DNA of 64,000 nt from Verrucomicrobiia bacterium. GTDB lineage: Bacteria; Verrucomicrobiota; Verrucomicrobiia; Limisphaerales; DSYF01. The stretch lies in the NCBI GenBank assembly GCA_035765895.1, contig DASTWL010000080.1, positions 8,597 through 72,596 of the forward strand, written 5' to 3'. How positions within the stretch are numbered: position 1 is the stretch's first letter; each line of letters begins with the position of its first letter. Shown here one piece after another: positions 29,179 through 37,417 of the stretch. The position numbers and the translations under genes were made by a program. Under the pieces are notes generated by a model that searched no databases, had not been told where the DNA came from, and saw only the letters and a program-made list of their open reading frames with translations.

Positions 29179-29598
29179 TCAGCGCAGTCCGCCCAAAATC
29201 CGGGCGGCTTTCACGGCGTCACGCTCCGTGTCCAACGCAATGTGGCAGACGAATTTTTTGCCGATGGCCGCCGCCGCGAGGCCGCGCAGATTCAGGCCGC
29301 CGTCGGCCAGCACCGCGGCGATGCGGGCGCCCTGCCCGGACTTGTTTGCGCCTTCCACCCGCAATGTATGCAGGCTGGCGGTCTTCGTGAAGCCCGCCGC
29401 GCCGGCGGTGCCGACTTGTTTGGCGCCCTGAATCGGCGTTACAAACACCACGCTCCTCCCGGGGTGCGCCCCGTCGCGTCGCGCGATGACGAATTCCAGA
29501 TTGGCGCCCGCTTCGGCCAGCGTTTTGAGTTTGGCCGCCAAAGCGCCCGGCCGGTCGGGAATGGATGCGGCCCATGTGTCCACGCGTTCTGATTTCAT
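29179..29598 (-). CDS. Stand-alone tandem ACT-domain protein
   Basis: MKSERVDTWAASIPDRPGALAAKLKTLAEAGANLEFV... and a second ACT-like half (GQGARIAAVLADGGLNLRGL). A GGAGG sequence lies upstream of ATG 29598. Confidence 0.6.
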   Translation of the reverse strand: MKSERVDTWAASIPDRPGALAAKLKTLAEAGANLEFVIARRDGAHPGRSVVFVTPIQGAKQVGTAGAAGFTKTASLHTLRVEGANKSGQGARIAAVLADGGLNLRGLAAAAIGKKFVCHIALDTERDAVKAARILGGLR

Positions 29599-29812
29599 AA
29601 AACCTCCAGTTGTCGCCTGCGTTTGTTTCACCGCGCCGAAGCAACCGGCCGGGAAGCGTCCGGTGATCGGTTCGGTTTCGGTTGGAAGATGCGCCCTAAC
29701 TTCCGGCACGCGGCGGGGCTTGGCAAGTGCGTTCCCCACGGGGCTGCGCGGTTTGTCCGCGAACCGTTGCTCCGGCCGTTGAACGCCGTCGCGGGCCGCC
29801 TGTCTCAACGGC

Positions 29813-30001
29813 ATGAACGCAGCAGGCTTTCGGCGGCGGGCGCGGCACTGGTGGCGGACGGAAATCCGGCCCTTGTTGATTCTGGTCCTGGTGTTGTGCT
29901 CGATCCGCTCGTCGCTGGCCGACTGGTATTCCGTGCCGAGCGGTTCCATGCAACCGACCATTCTCGTGGGCGACCGCGTCTTCGTGAACAAGCTCGCCTA
30001 A
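29813..30001 (+). pseudogene. lepB: Signal peptidase I, 5' fragment only (62 codons, then a stop at the junction)
   Basis: RTEIRPLLILVLVLCSIRSSLADWYSVPSGSMQPTILVGDRVFVNKLA* contains the TM anchor and catalytic-Ser box SGSMxPT. All downstream boxes, including the catalytic Lys, are missing. Confidence 0.75.
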
Positions 30002-30003
30002 CC

Positions 30004-30873
30004 AATGGAGTGCCGCCGACTGTTGGCGTGGTCACATTCAACGAGGTGCAGCGCGATCTGATTGAGGACATGCTCATGGATGAAGCCGCAAAGGACACGC
30101 AGTTTCAGGTTCGATACGTCGCCGAGCGTAACCGCGTTGAGAATGAGCAAGACGTTGGATTTTTCGTCAAGAATCTTGAATCTGTTCAGGGTGATGAACG
30201 CGACGTGATGATTTTCTCAACGACGTTTGGGCGTGATCCGCAAGGCCAATTCCGCCGCTTCTTCGGCCCGATCAATAGACAAGGCGGCGAGCGCCGCTTG
30301 AACGTCGCAGTGACACGCGCAAAAAAGCGTAACTACGTCGTCACCTCAATGCCCCTGCATGAAATCTCAGATGCCCTTGCTGGTGGTGCGCCCGTGGGCG
30401 CCACCGTAAGTGGACGCGATTACCTTCATGCTTACATGCAATATGTGAAGGCGGTTTCAAACCAAGACGCAGAGGCGCAAACCCAATCGTTACACGTTGC
30501 TGGGCGGCTTGCCGCATCTGCTGGTGAATCGCGTTCTGCTGGCAAGGAGGATTCATTGTTTGAAGCCGAAGTCCGCGACGCTTTACGTGCACTTGGCTAC
30601 AACATCGAATCTCAGGTGGGGGAAAGTGGTTTCCGGATTGATTTGGCTGTCGTGCATCAGAATCCGGAGCGCGGCTATATTCTTGGCATTGAGTGTGACG
30701 GCAAGGCATACCACTCAGAATGGTCGGCTCGCGCTCGTGATGTGTGGCGGCAACGTATTCTTGAACATCGTGGCTGGAAAATTCACCGAGTTTGGTCAAC
30801 AAACTGGTGGTTAGACCGTGGTTTTGAAATAAAGAAACTTGTAGCGCGGATTAAATCACTTGGCGGAAGTTGA
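30004..30873 (+). pseudogene. 3' remnant of a large SF1 (Upf1-like, AAA_12) helicase with a DUF559/restriction-endonuclease-like C-terminal domain
   Basis: VGVVTFNEVQRDLI...VQGDERDVMIFS...GERRLNVAVTRAKK are helicase motifs V/VI. FEAEVRDALRALGYNIESQVGESGFRIDLAV...LGIECDGKAYHS...RILEHRGWKIHRVWSTNWW follows. No Walker A/B region lies upstream, and similarity starts exactly at the junction. Confidence 0.7.
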
Positions 30874-30892
30874 CCTCGACTCCTCACCCCGG

Positions 30893-30930
30893 CCCTCTCC
30901 TCACCCGATGAGGAGAGGGAGTTTTATTTT
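30893..30930 (+). terminator. Rho-independent terminator after the helicase remnant
   Basis: CCCTCTCCTC / ACCCGAT loop / GAGGAGAGGG (perfect 10-bp stem) followed by AGTTTTATTTT. Confidence 0.7.
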
Positions 30931-31279
30931 ATGGGGCGTTTACCCAGGGTATTCGCTGCGCTCAAACCCTGGGCTAATATCCTTCGCCCCTATAGGGCTT
31001 CGGTTTGGCTTCGCGGTCTTTGCAGACGGCCACCGAGGCGGCGCGGCAGCACCGCCCTACCGGAATCAGATTCGTGAAATTCGTGTCAGAATCCCGGCTC
31101 GCGACGACGCTCGCTCCACCGAATCCGTGCTTCATCTGTGTGAATCTGTGGCCAGGAATCGTATTCCATTCCCGCGCACGAGCAGACGGGATTGCAGCCA
31201 ATCCAACGCGGAGTGACGAGTGCAGATTGCGGAATGAAACGGCGCTTCGACCATGGGGGCCTGGATACTCCGGTTCGCG

Positions 31280-34200
31280 TCACCAGACGAGCACGCGGTA
31301 ATACATCTGCGGCGCATTCCACGGGCTGCGCGGGTCCGTGACAATGATCGCGGCGCCCGTGCCGGGGATTTGGTCTTCGATGATTTCCCACGTTTGCAGG
31401 TCGGTGGAGGCCTCCACGCGGTAGGTCCGGTTGACCGCCGAGGCAAAGGCGATCTGGTAATGGCCGTAAAGCCCGGTGGCGCTTGGCGGCTGCACGGCGA
31501 ATTTGGAACCAGGATCCTGTGGATCGGTGCCGGCCCAATACTCGCTCCAGGTCGGCACGCCGTCGCCATCCGGATCCTGCAGCTCCGCATTGGCGAAGTC
31601 GCTGGTGATGCCGTGGGCAATCAGCCAGGGAACCGGCGTGCCGTGCGGCAGCGGCGCGAAGGTTTCCACGAAGCTCGTCCCGTTCGTGAGCTGGAAGCTG
31701 GGGCCGTTCGTGGGATAAACGCTGTTGTCCACGGCGAACCCGCTGAAGGCGCTGGCGGGATCGGCCAAATCGCGCAGGTCAAAGCGGACCAGATCGCCAA
31801 AGGAGGCGAAAGGCAGATAGTTCGTCGGGCCCGGACTTGCCAGATCCAGCCAGAGCCCGCCGCTGCCGTCGTTGGTTCCGGAAACGCTCCAGCCCGCGAG
31901 AATTTCGCCCGGCGCGACAGATTGCAACGCGTAGGTCATCGGCCAGTTGGGCTGCACGTGCAGGCGCAGTTGGCGGACGTAGCGCGGAATGTAGGTGGCC
32001 TGCAGCGTCACCGATGCCGGCGCTACCGCGGGATCGTTCACCAGCCGCAGCGACCCCACGGTCACGTCGCCGGCATAGCTCGCCGGATTGAAATACGAGA
32101 TGATGAAGTTGGTCGTGTAGTTGGTCACCGGCGGATCCACGGTGTCGTCCACCTCCATGCTGATGGGATTGGTGGGCGAATCGGCCGTGAATCCTTGATA
32201 GGAAATTTGGAACGAGGGCATGAAGGGTTTGTTGCTCCGCTTCAACGTGGCCCACCGCACGATGTAGCGTCCAGCCAGGTCCTTGGCGACCTGCGACAGT
32301 TCGTCCGGAATGTCCGTTGCCACGTCGGCCGTGTAATAACGTCCGCCGGTTTGCGCGGCGATCCGGGTCAGATCGGCGGCGTTCGGCTGCGAACCGATGG
32401 CCACGCAGAAGACCTTCACGCTGGCGTTCGTGGCGGCATCGATCACGTCGTCGGCCGTGTTGATGCTGGATTCATCCTGGCCGTCCGAAAGGCAGATGAC
32501 GCAGCGTTGCGCCGCGGCATTGGTGGCCGCCAGGTCGGCGATGGCCGTTGAAAGCGCGTCCCAACACAGGGAGCCGGCCGGGAATCCTTGGACGTAATTG
32601 GTCCAGATGCCGTTGATGGCCGCGTGCAGCGCCGCGCGGTCCGAGGTCAGCGCGAGAACTTGCTGCGGGTCCGCGTCGTCGCGGTGGAACTCGTAAACCC
32701 CAATCAACGCATCCGGCGGCAGGCTGTCCACAAATGCGTTGGCCGCGGTCGTGAGATTGTCCACCGCGTCGGAGATGCCGTTGGTGTTGGCATCGCCGTT
32801 GGCCAGCGAGGCGATGCTGGCGGTGAAATCCAGGACCAGGTTGGCCAGGATCGGCTGGTTGCCGGGCCGGGCGCGGTTGCTGGCCGGGGCGATTTGCGCG
32901 CCGGTTTCCGAGGCGCTGATCACCTTGTCGTCCTCCCTGCAGGTCACCGACAGCAGCCGCGGCGGCACCACGACCGCGTGATCGGCGGTGGGATCGCTGC
33001 CGTCGCGCAGAGAGAACTCGAACTCCAGCAGATAGGGCGACGCATAGTTCGTTTTGACATCTTCAATCGCGAGCCCCGCCACTTGCGCATACCCAAAGCT
33101 GAGGTGCAGGTTCGTCGTCGCCGCGCCCCAGAGATTGCTGGCGAGCAGGGTGACGTCGTATTCGCCGCCGTAGAGCGGCACGCCGGTGATGTTTCCCGTC
33201 ACCGGATCGACGTGCAGGTTCAGCGGCAGACCCGTGGCGCCAAAGCCGGTGGGTGAACCGCTGGCCGTGATTTGATAGTTGAACGCGGCGCCTTCCGTGC
33301 CCGTCGCCGTGACGGCGCTGGTGATGGCCGGTGCCGAGGCGACCAGGCTGAGCATCAGCGTTTGCACATCCTGCGCGCACTCGTTGCCGGTTCGCAGCGT
33401 CACCTCAAACAGTCCGCTTTCCAGTGGCACGCCCGCGATGACGCCATTCGTGGCATTGACCGCCAGGCCGGCCGGCAACCCAAAGGCGCCAAATTCCGTC
33501 GGTGAATGCAGCGCGGTGATGGTGTAGGTGAACGGCTCGCCCTGTTTGCCCGTGACTGTCAGTGAACTCGTTATGGTCGGGGTTTCGCCCAGCACCATCA
33601 ATTGCGCCAGCCGGCTGGTCACGGCGCCAAAGGCATTGCTGATGACCACGGAATACAGCCCATCGCCGCTGGACGTGACGTGATTCAGGGCAAGGATGGC
33701 ATTCGTTGCGTCCGTAATCGGCAGTTCCTGAAAGAACCATTGGTAGGCAAACGGAGATGTGCCATCGGCCACCACCTGGAACGCGGTGTTGTCGCCGCAA
33801 ACCACGGAGCCATCCTGCGGCTGCTCGACAATCCACGGCGGAATGGCCAGGGGCGTCACGGTGGCGGGGGCGCTCAGCGCCGCGCCGTGGCCGTTGTAAA
33901 CCTGCACGCGGTATTCGCCCGCGTCGGCGGCTTGAATGTTGGCCAGATGCAGGGCCGGGGCGGTCGCGCCGTTCAGGTTCGTGCCATTGTGGGACCACTG
34001 GTAGGATAACGGCGCATCGCCGGCGGCCAGGACGCGGAGCACGGTGTCCTTGCCCAGCGCCACCGCCTGGCTGAAGGGCTGGATGGTGATCGTTGGCGAA
34101 CCGTCACCGACCAGCGCCAGATTGTGATACAAACCCGCGGCCACGCTCGCGACATGGGAAAGATTCGACGAGGTGGTCGCCTGGCCAAAATCATTGCGGC

Positions 34201-35053
34201 CCCAGGCCCAAACCTTGCCGGCCGCCGTCAACGCCACGTTGTGCGCGCTGCCGGCGGCGATGGCCACCACGTTGCTCAAGCCGGCCGGAATGTTCGTCTG
34301 CCCATCGGCATTGTTGCCCCAGGCGCGCAGCGTGCCGTCACTCAGCAGCACCAGGCTGTGCGCGTCCCCTGCCGCCACGGCCACCGCGTTGGAAATACCA
34401 GCCGGGACCCCGGCCTGACCGGCTGCATTGTTGCCCCAGGCCACCACTGTTCCGTCAGCCTTCAGGGCAAGGCTGTGACCGTTGCCGGCCGCGATGGCGA
34501 CCACATTGGACAAGCCCGGCGGCGGGAGGTTGGTGCCATCCCAACTGACGACTGTCCCGTCGCTCCGCAGCGCAAGTTCGTGATCATAACCCGCCACGAT
34601 GGCCGTCACATTGGTCACGCCCGCAGGCACTGCGCCGGCTTGCGAACCCCAGCCGACCACGGTGCCATCGCGCTTCAACGCGAGGCTGTCGCCGTAATTC
34701 GCGGCGATGGCGAGGACATTGGTCAGATTGGCGGGAACGGTGGTTTCGCCAAACGAGCCGCCGCCCCACGCCACCACCGTGCCGTTGTCACGCAACGCGA
34801 GGCTGTGCACGCCGCCGCCCGCCAGCGCCGTGACGTTCGTCAAGCCGGGCGGGACGTTGCACTGGCCATCGTTGTTGGCACCCCAGGCGAGCACCTGGCT
34901 GCCCGCATGCAGCGGCGCAGCCGTCACCAGCGCTCCGCCCATGAGCAGCGACAGGAACAACCTTTTCCGGCGCGTCCGGGGGGACGCGGATGGTTTCAGT
35001 GATGAGTGCAAAAAAAACAGCCTCCCAGGCGAAGTGAAAAAAGTGCGTTCCAT
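31280..35053 (-). CDS. Giant secreted multidomain protein: 7-blade RCC1-like propeller, 2 Ig (I-set-like), 2 cadherin/dystroglycan-like Ig, vWA, TSP3-like Ca-binding motif, C-terminal YYRV module
   Basis: Seven VxAWG blades. The Ig regions read YQWSHNGTNLNG...AGEYRVQVYN and YQWFFQ. The vWA-like region is VICLSDGQDESS...VKVFCVAIG...AAQTGGRYY, followed by DPDGDGVPTWSEYWAGTDPQD. The C-terminus is YRVEASTDLQTWEII...MYYRVLVW. Confidence 0.85.
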   Translation of the reverse strand: MERTFFTSPGRLFFLHSSLKPSASPRTRRKRLFLSLLMGGALVTAAPLHAGSQVLAWGANNDGQCNVPPGLTNVTALAGGGVHSLALRDNGTVVAWGGGSFGETTVPANLTNVLAIAANYGDSLALKRDGTVVGWGSQAGAVPAGVTNVTAIVAGYDHELALRSDGTVVSWDGTNLPPPGLSNVVAIAAGNGHSLALKADGTVVAWGNNAAGQAGVPAGISNAVAVAAGDAHSLVLLSDGTLRAWGNNADGQTNIPAGLSNVVAIAAGSAHNVALTAAGKVWAWGRNDFGQATTSSNLSHVASVAAGLYHNLALVGDGSPTITIQPFSQAVALGKDTVLRVLAAGDAPLSYQWSHNGTNLNGATAPALHLANIQAADAGEYRVQVYNGHGAALSAPATVTPLAIPPWIVEQPQDGSVVCGDNTAFQVVADGTSPFAYQWFFQELPITDATNAILALNHVTSSGDGLYSVVISNAFGAVTSRLAQLMVLGETPTITSSLTVTGKQGEPFTYTITALHSPTEFGAFGLPAGLAVNATNGVIAGVPLESGLFEVTLRTGNECAQDVQTLMLSLVASAPAITSAVTATGTEGAAFNYQITASGSPTGFGATGLPLNLHVDPVTGNITGVPLYGGEYDVTLLASNLWGAATTNLHLSFGYAQVAGLAIEDVKTNYASPYLLEFEFSLRDGSDPTADHAVVVPPRLLSVTCREDDKVISASETGAQIAPASNRARPGNQPILANLVLDFTASIASLANGDANTNGISDAVDNLTTAANAFVDSLPPDALIGVYEFHRDDADPQQVLALTSDRAALHAAINGIWTNYVQGFPAGSLCWDALSTAIADLAATNAAAQRCVICLSDGQDESSINTADDVIDAATNASVKVFCVAIGSQPNAADLTRIAAQTGGRYYTADVATDIPDELSQVAKDLAGRYIVRWATLKRSNKPFMPSFQISYQGFTADSPTNPISMEVDDTVDPPVTNYTTNFIISYFNPASYAGDVTVGSLRLVNDPAVAPASVTLQATYIPRYVRQLRLHVQPNWPMTYALQSVAPGEILAGWSVSGTNDGSGGLWLDLASPGPTNYLPFASFGDLVRFDLRDLADPASAFSGFAVDNSVYPTNGPSFQLTNGTSFVETFAPLPHGTPVPWLIAHGITSDFANAELQDPDGDGVPTWSEYWAGTDPQDPGSKFAVQPPSATGLYGHYQIAFASAVNRTYRVEASTDLQTWEIIEDQIPGTGAAIIVTDPRSPWNAPQMYYRVLVW
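34063..34900 (-). repeat. Intragenic tandem repeats encoding the seven RCC1-like blades
   Basis: Periodic units of about 35-50 codons, each with GxxHSLAL...DGTVxAWG, visible at protein level and partly at DNA level. Confidence 0.7.
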
Positions 35054-35206
35054 ATCGGGCTTGAACCCTTAAGGAAGGGCTGCCCGCCACCGCAAAGCAA
35101 GCTTAAGATGTTGTCAATCTGGCTTCCCCGCCGTCTTCGGCCGGGGGCTTGGCGCCATGGGCGGCGCATTGAACCTGCCCCAAAAACTCATCGGCGCGGG
35201 CGGAAG

Positions 35207-37279
35207 CTACCAGATCTTCGCCCGCAGTTCCGGCGCCCGCCACATGGGATCGGTGGCGGTAATGCCGAAGGCGTCGTAGAACGACTGCACATTCACGAGC
35301 GGTCCGATGGCGCGGAACTGTCCGGGCGAATGCGGGTCCACGGTAACGAGCCGGCGTTGCTCGGCATCGCGGATGTTGGTGCGCCAGATTTGTGCGAATG
35401 AGATGAAGAACCGTTGTTCGGGCGTGAAGCCATCGATTGTTTTCCGCTGCGCCGGATTTTTGGCCAAAGCCCGTTGCAAGGCGTCGTAGGCAATGGTCAC
35501 GCCACCGAGATCGGCGATGTTTTCTCCCAGCGTCAACTTGCCGTTGACGTGCAGGCCCGGCAGCGGTTCATAGGCATTGTATTGATCCACGACCTTTTGG
35601 GCGCGGGCCTCGAAATTCGTGGCGTCGGCGTCCGTCCACCAGTCGTTCAGGTTGCCGTCCGCATCGAACTTGCGCCCCTGGTCATCGTAGCCGTGCGTGA
35701 TTTCGTGGCCGATGACCACGCCGATGGCGCCATAATTCACCGCGTCGTCCATGGTCATGTCGAAGAACGGCGGCTGCAGGATGCCCGCGGGGAAGACGAT
35801 TTCGTTTTGGGACGGATTGAAGTAGGCGTTGACGGTTTCCGGCGTCATGTGCCATTCGGTTTTATCCACCGCCTTGCCCAGGCGGACCAGCTCCCGCCGG
35901 TCCTCAAACGCCGCGGCGCGTTTGACATTGCCCAGAAAATCATCGCGCCGGATTTCGAGGCTGGAGTAATCACGGAACTTGTCCGGGTAACCAATCTTCT
36001 GCGTGAACCGGTCGAACTTTGCCAGGGCTTTCGCGCGGGTCGCGTCGGACATCCAGTCCAGCTTCAGCAGATGATCGTGAAAAACCTCCTTCAGGTTTTT
36101 CACGAGTTCGTTCATTCGCGCCTTGGCTTCCGGCGGGAAATATTTTTCGACGTAAAGCTGGCCCAGCGCCTCGCCGATGCAACCGTCGATGACCTTGCCC
36201 GCCCGCTTCCAGCGCGGTTCCTGTTCCTGCTGGCCGCTGATGACCTTGCCGAAGAACGCGAAGTTTTCCTGTTCGACCGCACGTTGCAGGAACGGCGCCG
36301 CGCCATGCAACAGATGCCAGCGCAAATAGACCCGCCAATCCTGGATCGGGCGTTCGGCGAGCAGTTTGTCCAGGGCCGTGAAGAACTCCGGCTGCCCGAC
36401 GATTTCGTAGTTGAGCGGCACGAGATTCTTTCCTGTAACTCCGGGTCCAGATGCCAGGCCATATTCGGTGAAGTAAACCGTCCACGGAATCGTCGGGTTG
36501 GCCTTTAAGAATTCAGCAGTTGTGAATTTGTTATAGTTTTTTTCCGGATTGCGCAGTTCTTCGCGGGCGCGGCTTGCCTTGGCCAGCGCCGTTTCCAGGT
36601 CCAGCACGATCGCGGCGTTGGTGGCGGCAGCCGCGGGTTTGTCGCCCAGCAACGCGAACATTTTGGTCAGATGCGCGCGGTATTTTTCCCGGACTTCGGC
36701 GAAGCTTTCCTTGAGATAATAATCCCGATCGGGAAGCGTCAGCCCACCCTGGCCGAGTTGATAGGCATAGATGGAACTGTTCTTTTCGTCCGGCCCTACG
36801 CCTGCGCCGAACAGCCCGCCAACACCGGTGCGATGGAAATCCGCCAGCAACGCGAATAGTTCCTTCGTTGAGCGGACGGAATCGATGCGCTTGAGATCGG
36901 CGGCAATCGGCTTGAAGCCGAGCGTTTCGATCCGATTGGTGTCCATGGCTGACGCGAAAAAATCACCGACCTGCTTTCGAGGCGTGTTGGGACCGGCGGA
37001 TTCCTGGCTCGCCGTTTCAAGGATTTCGTGAATCAAATACCAGTTGCGCTCGGCCAGCTCGATGAAGCTGCCCCAACGGGATTTGTCCGCCGGCACCGGA
37101 TTGTTTTTAGCCCAGTTGCCGTTGGCGAATTCGTAGAAATTCGTCCCCGGCGACACCGAACGATCCATGTAGCCGACGGAGAACCGCGGCACGACTGGTG
37201 GTTTGTCCGCGGCCGTGGAGGGCAAAACCATTACAGCAATGGAAAATGTGTAGCAGAAAAAGCGGGCGAAATTTTTCAT
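35207..37279 (-). CDS. pepO: M13-family zinc metallopeptidase (PepO/neprilysin-like)
   Basis: VIGHEITHGYDDQG (HExxH) and GENIADLGG (ENxADxGG). Signal peptide MKNFARFFCYTFSIAVMVLPSTAA from ATG 37279; the longer track ORF to 37582 is an extension. Confidence 0.9.
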   Translation of the reverse strand: MKNFARFFCYTFSIAVMVLPSTAADKPPVVPRFSVGYMDRSVSPGTNFYEFANGNWAKNNPVPADKSRWGSFIELAERNWYLIHEILETASQESAGPNTPRKQVGDFFASAMDTNRIETLGFKPIAADLKRIDSVRSTKELFALLADFHRTGVGGLFGAGVGPDEKNSSIYAYQLGQGGLTLPDRDYYLKESFAEVREKYRAHLTKMFALLGDKPAAAATNAAIVLDLETALAKASRAREELRNPEKNYNKFTTAEFLKANPTIPWTVYFTEYGLASGPGVTGKNLVPLNYEIVGQPEFFTALDKLLAERPIQDWRVYLRWHLLHGAAPFLQRAVEQENFAFFGKVISGQQEQEPRWKRAGKVIDGCIGEALGQLYVEKYFPPEAKARMNELVKNLKEVFHDHLLKLDWMSDATRAKALAKFDRFTQKIGYPDKFRDYSSLEIRRDDFLGNVKRAAAFEDRRELVRLGKAVDKTEWHMTPETVNAYFNPSQNEIVFPAGILQPPFFDMTMDDAVNYGAIGVVIGHEITHGYDDQGRKFDADGNLNDWWTDADATNFEARAQKVVDQYNAYEPLPGLHVNGKLTLGENIADLGGVTIAYDALQRALAKNPAQRKTIDGFTPEQRFFISFAQIWRTNIRDAEQRRLVTVDPHSPGQFRAIGPLVNVQSFYDAFGITATDPMWRAPELRAKIW

Positions 37280-37417
37280 GGAATTATCACTCGAATAATT
37301 TGGCAACGATGTGGGCAAGATGGAACGCTTTTCCTTCGCGCAGGTCAAACCAGCAGTCGATTTGCAGGAGGGTTCGCTTTCTGGTTGTTCTTCAGCCAAA
37401 TAACATGGCGGCCGAAT

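Noticed and set aside
29623-30873. A single 416-aa CDS spanning the 30,000 junction
   Set aside because: The first 125 residues or so overlap the lepB fragment in another frame and look like junk (Arg/Gly/Ala-rich). Helicase similarity begins only at about 30004. I therefore treat it as a 3' gene remnant, not an intact gene.
30860-31216. 118-aa + strand ORF in the scar region
   Set aside because: It starts inside the helicase stop and terminator and has low-complexity, repeat-derived composition. It has no start context or motif.
37028-37417. N-terminal 130 aa of the 590-aa methyltransferase ORF
   Set aside because: It overlaps the 5' end of pepO on the opposite strand and precedes the conserved motif X (GQFFTP). 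The real start must lie after 37279, at TTG 37418 or GTG 37454.
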